Positions 42,618-51,000 of a stretch of 64,000 nt of DNA are shown here, piece after piece. How positions within the stretch are numbered: position 1 is the first letter of the stretch; every line of letters starts with the position of its first letter. The translations under genes and the position numbers were made by a program. The notes below the pieces were generated by a model. The model was not told the origin of the DNA. It saw only the letters and a program-made list of their open reading frames with translations, and made no database searches. This DNA comes from Myxococcota bacterium (GTDB taxonomy: Bacteria; Myxococcota_A; UBA796; GCA-2862545): positions 5,708 to 69,707 of the forward strand of contig JAWKRP010000037.1 in NCBI GenBank assembly GCA_041389565.1. Reading direction: 5' to 3'.

Positions 42618-44745
42618 GGTGCACGGACGCGCGGTCGACTACCTGCAACCCGTGCAACCCGACCCCGAACCCTCGCGAGTGCTCCCGCGGCGACTGGTCG
42701 ATCTGCGAGCGTTCGACGCGCTCCGGCGGAACGAGCAGACCCGCCTGATGCTGCTCGGCGTGCTCGTGGGCGTGCTCGGCGGCGTGTCGGCGGCCCTGTT
42801 CGACGGGCTCACCGTGCTGACGGGTCGGCTGCTGCTCGGCACCTCCGAGCCCAGCATCACCGCGGTCGACGTCGTGTGGTCGCTCGGCGGACCCCTCGTC
42901 GGAGCCGTCGTGGCCGGGTCCATCGTCACCTGGCTCGTGCGGGAGTCCCGCCCGCGCGGCATCGCCGACGTGGTCGCGGCCGTGGGCATCGACGGGGGGC
43001 GCGTCTCCGCGAGGGACGGTGTGGCGTCCGCCGCAGCCGCCGCCATCGCGCTCGGGAGCGGCCACTCCGGCGGTCGGGAGGGGCCCATCGTCCAGCTCGC
43101 GTCGTCGCTGGCGAGCACGGCGTGCCGTCGGCTGGACATCGCACCATCGCGCATCCGGGTGCTCGTCGCGGCCGGGGCGGCGGCGGGGATCGCCGCGAGC
43201 TTCAACACGCCCATCGGGGGTGCGTTCTTCGCGATGGAGGTGCTGCTCGGGAGCTTCGCGCTCGAGGGATTCGCGCCGATCGTCGCGGCGACGGTCACCG
43301 CCACGGTCGTGGGCCAGGCCCTGCTCGGCGAGCGGCTCGCGCTGAACCTGCCCCCGTTCGACCTCGTGAGCCCCGTCGAGCTCCTGATCTATCCGCTGCT
43401 CGGGGTCCTCTGCGGCGGCGTAGCCATCGCGCTGAAGGAGGTCTACCTCCGCGCGGGCGACGCCTGGGACCGCATCCCGGTGCCGCCCCCGCTCCGTCCC
43501 GTCGCTCCCGGCCTGGCCGCCGGAGCCCTCGGCGCGCTCGGGATGCCCGCGGTGATGGGCAACGGATACGCCTTCGTGGAGGAGCTGCTGGAGGGCTGGA
43601 ACGCGCCACTGTGGCTGCTGGCGCTCGTCCTGGTCGCGAAGGTGGCGACCACCGCGCTCTCGGTCGCCGGGCGGTCGGGCGTCGGGGTGTTCGCGCCCAC
43701 CCTGTTCATCGGCGCCATCACCGGCACGCTGTTCGGCACCGTCGCCCAGACCGTGATGCCCGGCTCCATCGCGCCCGCCGGTGCGTACGGCATGGTCGGC
43801 ATGGGCGCGGTCGTCGCCGCGCTCACGAAGTCCCCCATCACCATGGCGCTGATGCTGTTCGAGATGACGGGGAACTACCAGGTCGTGCTGCCGGTGCTCC
43901 TCACGCTCGCCGTGTCGGGGGTCGTGTACAGCGTCGGCGAGCCCATCTCGCTGTACGTCGGGCAGCTCGCCCGGCGCGGCATCGATGTCACGCGAAACCG
44001 CGAGCAGCTCGTGATGTACGAGCTCCGCGTCGCCGACGTGATGCGGCGCGAGGTCGTGGCGCTGCCCGTGCACGCGCCGTTCGCGCGGCTGGCGCACAAG
44101 TTCCTCGAGCGGCGCCTGCGCGACGTGTTCGTGGTCGACGAAGAGGGCCGGTACCACGGGCTGATCGACATCCAGGACGTGAAGGGCCTGCTCGGCCAGC
44201 CCCACGACGAGCTGTCCGTCGACGACGTCGAGCGCCGCGACATCCCCAGCCTGTCGCCCGATCTGCCGCTCGCCGAAGCCATGCCGTCGTTCTTCCGCCA
44301 CGACCTCGAGGAGCTGCCCGTGGTCGACGCCGCCGGGGTGCTCGTGGGCGTGCTCACCGAGCGCGACGTCGTCGCCGCGTTCCACCGCGAGGTGCTCCGC
44401 AAGGAGACCCTGCTCGCGCGCATCGAGTCCGGCGCCGACCTCGAGCGGCGTGTCGACTTCCTCGAGCTCCCCGAAGGCCAGCGCATGGGCCCGGTCGCCG
44501 TGGACGCCGAGCTCGCCGGGCACACGCTGCGTGAGCTCGAGATGCCGTCGAGGTTCGGGGTCACCGTCATCGCGGTGGACGTCTGGGATGCCCAGGCCCA
44601 CCGCCACCACCGCATGGCCGCCCAGGCCGACCTCCGCCTGCAGGAAGGCGACCGCCTCGTCGTGATGGGCCCAGAGGCCGCCATCGACCGCCTGTCCCTG
44701 CCTCCCGGCGACCGCGGACCCGACGGCGTGGACATCGAAGACTGA
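42616..44745 (+). CDS. ClC-family voltage-gated chloride channel / H+-Cl- antiporter with CBS pair and TrkA-C (RCK_C) domain
   Basis: ClC selectivity motifs GSGHSGGREGP and GIAASFNTPIGGAFFAMEV. Later two CBS-like segments, then a TrkA_C-like L..G..L.EL......GVTVIAV......RLQEGDRLVVMG. The start may be a downstream GTG (42652 or 42679). Confidence 0.88.
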   Translation: MVHGRAVDYLQPVQPDPEPSRVLPRRLVDLRAFDALRRNEQTRLMLLGVLVGVLGGVSAALFDGLTVLTGRLLLGTSEPSITAVDVVWSLGGPLVGAVVAGSIVTWLVRESRPRGIADVVAAVGIDGGRVSARDGVASAAAAAIALGSGHSGGREGPIVQLASSLASTACRRLDIAPSRIRVLVAAGAAAGIAASFNTPIGGAFFAMEVLLGSFALEGFAPIVAATVTATVVGQALLGERLALNLPPFDLVSPVELLIYPLLGVLCGGVAIALKEVYLRAGDAWDRIPVPPPLRPVAPGLAAGALGALGMPAVMGNGYAFVEELLEGWNAPLWLLALVLVAKVATTALSVAGRSGVGVFAPTLFIGAITGTLFGTVAQTVMPGSIAPAGAYGMVGMGAVVAALTKSPITMALMLFEMTGNYQVVLPVLLTLAVSGVVYSVGEPISLYVGQLARRGIDVTRNREQLVMYELRVADVMRREVVALPVHAPFARLAHKFLERRLRDVFVVDEEGRYHGLIDIQDVKGLLGQPHDELSVDDVERRDIPSLSPDLPLAEAMPSFFRHDLEELPVVDAAGVLVGVLTERDVVAAFHREVLRKETLLARIESGADLERRVDFLELPEGQRMGPVAVDAELAGHTLRELEMPSRFGVTVIAVDVWDAQAHRHHRMAAQADLRLQEGDRLVVMGPEAAIDRLSLPPGDRGPDGVDIED

Positions 44746-45236
44746 TGGTGCTGCTCGCCCTCGCGTGCGCGAACGACCCGTGCCCCACGGGCTGGACGCA
44801 CGACGCGCCCCGCACGGCACACCTGGAGGCCCTGCTCCAGCGTCCGATCTCCGCGACCCTGTGCTGGGGTGACGTGCCGGACCGCGGCCTGCGCGACACC
44901 CGGGGCCGGTTCCTGCTCGACTCCGCCACCGACGACCGCCTGCTCGCCGCCCGCATCGTGCACCTCGAGCACCACCGCGCGCCCGCGTCCGGTCCGGGCT
45001 GCGAAGACCGCCTGCGCGTCGAGGAAGCGAACGCATGGGCCGCGGAGCTCCGCCAGCACGGGCTCCTGGGGGTGTCCGATCCCTCGGGTCCCGCCCGGCG
45101 CGCCCTCGGCGAGTCGCCCACCCTCTCGGACCTGATGGAGTGGCTCACTACGTCCGACGACCCCGTGCCGACCCAGCTCCGCGCCTCGCATCGCGCCCGC
45201 TGCGAAGGTGGTAGCGTCCCCCCGGAGGCACGGTGA
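44745..45236 (+). CDS. Small lipoprotein, unknown function
   Basis: The ATG shares its A with the ClC stop (TGATG). MVLLALAC lipobox. 163 aa with 5 Cys. Confidence 0.65.
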   Translation: MVLLALACANDPCPTGWTHDAPRTAHLEALLQRPISATLCWGDVPDRGLRDTRGRFLLDSATDDRLLAARIVHLEHHRAPASGPGCEDRLRVEEANAWAAELRQHGLLGVSDPSGPARRALGESPTLSDLMEWLTTSDDPVPTQLRASHRARCEGGSVPPEAR

Positions 45237-45685
45237 TCTCGCTCATCCTCGGTTCCCTGGCGCTCGCGGACGTCGTCCACCCGCCGCATCCCTGCCCGCC
45301 CGGCGCGGGCGGACGCTCCGATCACGCCGGCAGCTACTGCGTCGCACAGGGCTGCGGAGACGGGTGTGCCGAGGGCCTCGAGTGCCGCCCGACGGGCCTG
45401 TGTGTCGAGGAGGTGATGCGCGACGATGGCGGCCGCGACTCGGAGCCGCGGTCCCACCGCATGGCCGACTCGGCCTGCGAGACCCAGGACGACTGCAGCG
45501 GGGAAGCCACCTGTGTGGTCGAGGACCGATGTGTGCGGCCCCCGCCTCCTCCGCCGGAGCCTGCTCCCGAGCCCGCCTCCTCCCTGTGCGGCTGCACCAC
45601 CAGTGGCGTGATGCCCGCGTTCGTCCTGGCCTTCAGCCTGCTGCCCCTGGCGTTCCGCCGTCGTGTCACCGAGGATCCCCGATGA
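45233..45685 (+). CDS. Cys-rich secreted mini-protein with MYXO-CTERM-like tail (paralog A)
   Basis: GTG overlaps the upstream stop (GTGA). MISLILGSLALADVVHPPHPCPPGAGGRSDHAGSYCV...CETQDDCSGEATCVVEDRCV, a Pro-rich linker, and tail LCGCTTSGVMPAFVLAFSLLPLAFRRR. Confidence 0.72.
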   Translation: MISLILGSLALADVVHPPHPCPPGAGGRSDHAGSYCVAQGCGDGCAEGLECRPTGLCVEEVMRDDGGRDSEPRSHRMADSACETQDDCSGEATCVVEDRCVRPPPPPPEPAPEPASSLCGCTTSGVMPAFVLAFSLLPLAFRRRVTEDPR

Positions 45686-46092
45686 TCGCGCTCCTGTCGC
45701 TCGCGCTCGCCGACGTGGTCGGGCCGCCCCCCGACGACTGCCCGCCCGGCGCCTCCGGAACCTCGAGCCACGGGGGCCCGTACTGTGTGCCCTCCACGTG
45801 CGACGGCACCTGCGAGGAGGGCGGCACCTGCGAGCCCGCCGGCCTGTGTGTGCTCGAAGAGACCCGCGAGTGCGGGGGCATGCAAGACCCCGAGAACCCA
45901 TGCACGTACCTGCACCGCGAGGCCAGGGGCACGTGCCAGACCCAGGACGACTGCACGGGCGGGACCACGTGCGAGATCGCGGATCGCTGCGTCACGGCGG
46001 GCCCGGTGTGCGGGTGTGCCTCGACGGGCGCGCTCCCGACGGCCGTTCTGCTGCTCGGCCTGCTCCCGCTCGCGGTCCGACGCGCCCGGTAG
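45682..46092 (+). CDS. Cys-rich secreted mini-protein with MYXO-CTERM-like tail (paralog B)
   Basis: ATG overlaps the upstream stop (ATGA). MIALLSLALADVVGPPPDDCPPGASGTSSHGGPYCV...CQTQDDCTGGTTCEIADRCV and tail VCGCASTGALPTAVLLLGLLPLAVRRAR. Confidence 0.75.
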   Translation: MIALLSLALADVVGPPPDDCPPGASGTSSHGGPYCVPSTCDGTCEEGGTCEPAGLCVLEETRECGGMQDPENPCTYLHREARGTCQTQDDCTGGTTCEIADRCVTAGPVCGCASTGALPTAVLLLGLLPLAVRRAR

Positions 46093-46104
46093 ATCCGGCG
46101 GAGA

Positions 46105-46650
46105 TCAGGCGCGCACGGGCCACCGGCCCTCGACCCAGCACGCCACCAGGGCCGCGTGGGACAACGGCTTCGACAGGTCGTCGACGTCGCCGTTCGTCAT
46201 GTAGTCGAGCAGCACCACGTCCCCGTCCCGTACCAGCGCTCGCAAACGCTCGACCGGCTCGGACAGGTGGGTCTCGAGGACGTGGCGGTAGAGGGGCAGG
46301 AAGATCTGCCAGCGCGACTCGCGGTAGTCGAGCAGCCCCTCCCCGAACCGATGGCCGAGGCACGGGCCGAACCGACGCACGCTGCGCTTCAGGCCCTTCA
46401 TCGTGGTGTTCTCCATCACCGCGTCGTCGACCCCGGTGGACTCGAACACCTTCAGGCCCTGCCAGATCCCTTCGACGCTCGCGCCCACCCGACCGGGCTG
46501 GCCCGGCACGGGGATGCCGCCGTGCGGGAAGAACGGGCTGAACCGCACCCACGGCGCGTCGGCGCGGGACGTGACGTCGACGATCGCGAAGCCCGGGTAC
46601 TTCTTCTGCAGCTTGTCGACCGGCGTGTGCCGGCTGTGGACGCGGATCAT
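46105..46650 (-). CDS. Conserved-looking hypothetical protein (181 aa), family not recognised
   Basis: ATG-initiated with balanced composition (FSPFFPHGGIPVP, SVEGIWQGLKVFE, WQIFLPLYRHV). The opposite-strand ORF is Arg/Val/Asp-rich and looks spurious. Confidence 0.68.
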   Translation of the reverse strand: MIRVHSRHTPVDKLQKKYPGFAIVDVTSRADAPWVRFSPFFPHGGIPVPGQPGRVGASVEGIWQGLKVFESTGVDDAVMENTTMKGLKRSVRRFGPCLGHRFGEGLLDYRESRWQIFLPLYRHVLETHLSEPVERLRALVRDGDVVLLDYMTNGDVDDLSKPLSHAALVACWVEGRWPVRA

Positions 46651-46773
46651 CGCGACCCTCTCCTACTTGAGGTCTGTTTGACTCTATCTCGTGGATCGAG
46701 ACTCTGTCCACCCCTCGACCTTCGGACACGCGCCCGCACAAGCCCGCCGACCCCGGTCGGGATAGACGCCCGC

Positions 46774-47112
46774 ATGACCACGCTCCCGTCCCACAAGCTC
46801 GTCTTCTCCGACTCCACGGGGCTCCCGTTCGGCGTCGTGCACCTCGCGCCGTCCGAGTCCGACCCCCTGAAGGGCGACTGCATCTTCGACATGGAGGCCC
46901 GCACGCCCGCGCAGGACTGCCGCGACGAGGTGCGGTGGCTCGCGAAGCGCCACTACCAGCGGTGGTCGGAGCACAAGTTCGCGGTCGACGACGACGGCGT
47001 GATCACCATCAAGAAGGCCAGCTTCTCGCTGATCCTCGACCCCGCCGAAGACGGCGAGGGCTTCGTGTCGCGCCCGCCGGCACCGCGCGTCACGGCTTCC
47101 TGGGGCGACTGA
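46774..47112 (+). CDS. Hypothetical small protein (112 aa)
   Basis: ATG at 46774 in frame with ORF 46156..47112. Varied composition (KRHYQRWSEHKFAVDDDGVITIKK). The 3' end overlaps the convergent kinase gene by 23 nt. Confidence 0.5.
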   Translation: MTTLPSHKLVFSDSTGLPFGVVHLAPSESDPLKGDCIFDMEARTPAQDCRDEVRWLAKRHYQRWSEHKFAVDDDGVITIKKASFSLILDPAEDGEGFVSRPPAPRVTASWGD

Positions 47113-48028
47113 ACCAGCCGCGCACCCACCCGAGGAACCCCGTCTTCTCGGGCGTTCCGGAGGCCCGGTACAGCTCGCCCATCCACTCGGGCTCGAGCGA
47201 CGTGGATCCCGCGACCGCGTCAGCCGTGCGCGCGATCGCCCGCGCCATCGCCTCGGCAGTCGGGTAGCGGTCGACCGGGACGGCCGAAGCTCCCCGCCGG
47301 ATGAGCGCGGCCGCGTGGGGCTCGAGCGCGTCGAGGCCCTCGGGATCCTCCCACAGCCGGCGCGGCTTCTTGCCGGTGAGCATGTGGTACAGCGTGGCGG
47401 TGACCCCGTACAGGTCGGACTCCGGGCCCACCGTGTGTGCATCGTCTTCCTGCTCCGGCGCCCGATAGCCCCGCGTGCCCATGAGCTGGCCGGGCAGCGT
47501 CTTCACGGGCACCGTGCCCTCCGGGTGCCTCGCGATGCCGAAGTCGGCGAGCAGCGCGTGGCCCGCGGCGTCCAGCAGCACGTTCTCGGGCTTCACGTCG
47601 CGGTGGATCAGGCCCTTCGCGTGCACCGCGTGCAGCGCCGACGTGATCTCGAACGCGATCCGGAGCGCCTGCATCGTGGGGATCGTGCCCTCGGCGTGCA
47701 CCCGCTGCGCGACGGAGCCGCCCTCCGCGAGGTCCATCACGAACCAGTAGAAGTTGCCCTCGCGCCCCGCCTTGTGGACCCGGGGCAGGTGCGGGTGCGG
47801 GATCGCCGCGAGCACCTTCGCCTCCGCGAGGAACCGGGTGCCGATCTGGGAGCGGGCGCCCATCGGCACCCGCATGATCTTCACGGCGACCTCGGCCCCC
47901 GTCTGGCGGTCTTCTCCGTGGAAGACCTCCGCGACCGCACCCGCGCCGATGAGCCCGAACACCGCGTAGCGCTGCTCGCCGACCTCGTTGGGTCGAACGT
48001 CGAACAGGCCCTCGGTGTCGTCGGACAT
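47090..48028 (-). CDS. Ser/Thr protein kinase (catalytically competent Hanks-type)
   Basis: IGAGAVAEVF, VAVKIM (catalytic Lys), HRDVKPENVLL, DFGIA and GTRGYRAPE are all present. Confidence 0.92.
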   Translation of the reverse strand: MSDDTEGLFDVRPNEVGEQRYAVFGLIGAGAVAEVFHGEDRQTGAEVAVKIMRVPMGARSQIGTRFLAEAKVLAAIPHPHLPRVHKAGREGNFYWFVMDLAEGGSVAQRVHAEGTIPTMQALRIAFEITSALHAVHAKGLIHRDVKPENVLLDAAGHALLADFGIARHPEGTVPVKTLPGQLMGTRGYRAPEQEDDAHTVGPESDLYGVTATLYHMLTGKKPRRLWEDPEGLDALEPHAAALIRRGASAVPVDRYPTAEAMARAIARTADAVAGSTSLEPEWMGELYRASGTPEKTGFLGWVRGWFSRPRKP

Positions 48029-48035
48029 GGCGTGC

Positions 48036-51000
48036 CTAGGCCCGCAGCTGGCGGCGGTGGCCGATGGCCGCCATGCGCGACAGGACGGCGTCGACGCGCG
48101 ACTCCGGCAGCTGCTCGCACACGCGGTCGGTGGCGCGGTCGATCAGGTCCAGCAACACCTTGTTCAGCAGGCGCCGGCGCTCCGGCTCCGCGCGGGCCTG
48201 CATGGCGGTGACGAAGAACGGGCCCGGCAGCGCGGCCTCGTCGAGCTCGAGACCCTTCAACAGGCCCGCGTGCTCACGGGGGTTCGCCGACACCAGCAGC
48301 TGGAGCGTGGCCTGCCCGCTCCCGGGGCCCAGCTCGGCGTCGAGCGCATTGAACAGCACGCGGAACGCGCGGTTCGCGACCCGCACCTTCTCCAGGCACT
48401 CCCCTTCGGTCCACTCGGCCGACGCGGCGCGGATCGCGAAGTCGACCTCGGCGGGGTCGACCACGAGGGTCGTTCCCTCCCCCGAGCCCGCGGGCATCTC
48501 GGAGTCTTCGGGCAGCGCGTCGTCTTCGAGCGCGGACGTGGGGATGAGCGGACGCAGCGGCGGCGTGCGCGTGAACTGGAGCGAGGTGTGCCCGATCTCG
48601 ATCATGTCGCCGTCGTCGAGCTGCAGCGGACCGTCGACCGGCTTGCCGTTCAGCCGCGTGCCGTTCGAGCTCCCCGCGTCTTCGAGCACGAACTGGCCGT
48701 CGATCTCGCGGATCACGCAGTGCACGCGCGACAGCAGCCCGTCGGTACGGATCTGGAGCTCGCACGACCCGCCGCGCCCGATGCGGAAGCTCTCCGACGC
48801 CACGGGGACGGGACGCCCGACGAGACTCCCGTCCTGCAGGATCAGGGTGGGCCGCAGCGGACCGAGCGACGGCCGTGGCATCTCGAGAGGGGTGCCCGTC
48901 GGAGCCCGCGCTGCGCGGTACTGGAACGCGCGGCTGCCGAACATCACGACCTCGTCGGAGTACAGCTGCCGCGCCGACAGACGGCCCACGAACCCCGAGG
49001 CGTTCGAGAGGTCCTGCTCGATGTAGTGCATCCCGGCGCGCTGGAGGATGGCGGCCAGCGTGTCTTCCTGCTCTTCGCCCGAGAACGCGATGCGGCCGTC
49101 GGGCAGCTCGATCACGAACACCTCGGGACGCTCGAGGCTGATGCCCACCTGCTCGTCGCCGTCCTCCCACAGGAGCGCGGCGCCCGCTGCATCGAGCTCG
49201 TCGACCGGACGACCGGGCAGCGGCGCGGACATGGGCGCGAACAGGGCTTCGATGGAGTCGGACATCGACTCCGACTCACCGGTGTGCTCGGTCTCCTCGT
49301 CGGCGTGGTCGATCTCGGAGGGGTCGGGCTGGGTGAACGCCTGGCGGTCCTGCACGCGCAGGAACGTGATGGGCACGCCGTCCCAGTCGAGCCGATCGCC
49401 GCCCCGCATGCGGAACTCCGCGGCCCGCACGCCCTCCCGCTCGAGCACCCCGCGCTCCACGGACAGGTAGATGCGGTCGCCGTGCTTGGACGCGAGCAGA
49501 TCGCCCGGGAGACCGGGCGCGAGCGCGGGCGTGATCACCCGGGACGCCTCGATCTCGTGGCGTGTGACGCCGAGCCCCGAGCCCACCACCAGCATGGGGA
49601 TCTCGGGGGCTTCGAGCAGGAGGTCCTCGTCTTCGTCGACGTCGAGATCGTCGAGCTCCACGAGGGGCGTCTCGCGGGCGAACAGCGGCGTCAGGAACGC
49701 ATCTTCGGCCCACTCGGCCTCGGACGGCCACGACCGGCAGAACACGAGCTCGCGCTGGAGCTCGGGGTCGAAGTCGGGCCCGTCGTCGCTCCAACTGCTC
49801 GCGCTCGCGATGGGGAACGACGCAGTGTGGTGCGCGCCGCCCGACCACAGGTTCCGCACGACGGCGATGTGCGGCACGCGCTCGGGGAACGCGTCGAGCA
49901 GCCGGTCGAAGAGCTGCGGGCCGATGGCCGACCGGTACGACAGCACGTCGACCACCGCAGCCGCCCACGAGGACGGGCGCTCCCAGTCGGCGCGCTCCGC
50001 GAGCGCCGCGCCGAAGCGGTCGGTGGACAGGGCCTTCCGCGCCCCGCCCGGTTCGACGAGCTCCGCGAGCAGCCGGGCCAGGCCCTCGTGCGGACCGAAG
50101 CGCAGCGGAGCGGGCGGACCCGCCGAAGCGCCCAGCTGCGCGCGCTCGATGACGTACAGGCCCCACCAGGCCTCGAGGTGCAGCGGCGTGTACGCGATGG
50201 CCTCGTCGTACGCCTCGACGGCCTCGTCGGTGTGGCCCGCGAAGCGCAGCAGGTGACCGAGGTGTACGAGGCGGTCGGCGTGCGCGCTCCCCTCCGTCGA
50301 CGCGTTCACCTCGACGAACCGGCGCTGGTGACCGACCGCGGCCTCGAAGGCCCCGAGCTCCTGCGATGCGCGACGGGCCACGCGCAGGGCGGGCACGTGG
50401 TGGGGCTCCAGCGCCAGCGCTTCGGTGGCGGACGCGCTCGCGGTGTCGAGGTCGCCGAGCTCGATGGCGAGACGGGCTCGTGCGGCGTGATCGGCCGCCG
50501 TGGCCCGGGACGTCCCGCACAGCACAGCGAAGTGCGCCAGCGCGCCGGGCACGTCCTGGGAGCGGAGCGCGTGGCGGGCCAGGTGGCGACGGGCCTCGGC
50601 GTGCTCGGGGTCGAGCTCGACCAGCTTCGCGTACAGCTCGGCCACGGCGTCGATGTCGGGCGTCGCGCGCCGTGCGAGCCGGGCGGCCCGCTCGAGCAGC
50701 TCGATCGAAGGACCGGGGCCCGCGACCGCCTGGCGCTTCATCAGCTCGACCACGTCGCCCCAGTCGCCCCGTGCCGTGCGGAGCTTCTCGCGCAGCGCGA
50801 ACAGCTCGGGATCGTCGACCCCTTCGTCGGCCGCGCGATCGAGCCAGAGCAGCGCGCTGGAGTCCGACCCGGCCTCGTGGAACGCGCGACCGAGGCGCCA
50901 CGCCAGCGGACCGCGCTCGTCGGCGTCGGCGTACAGGGCCAGCGCACGCCCCCAGCGCAGGAAGCGATCCCCGTCGAGGCTCGCGAGCCCGCGCAGGGCG

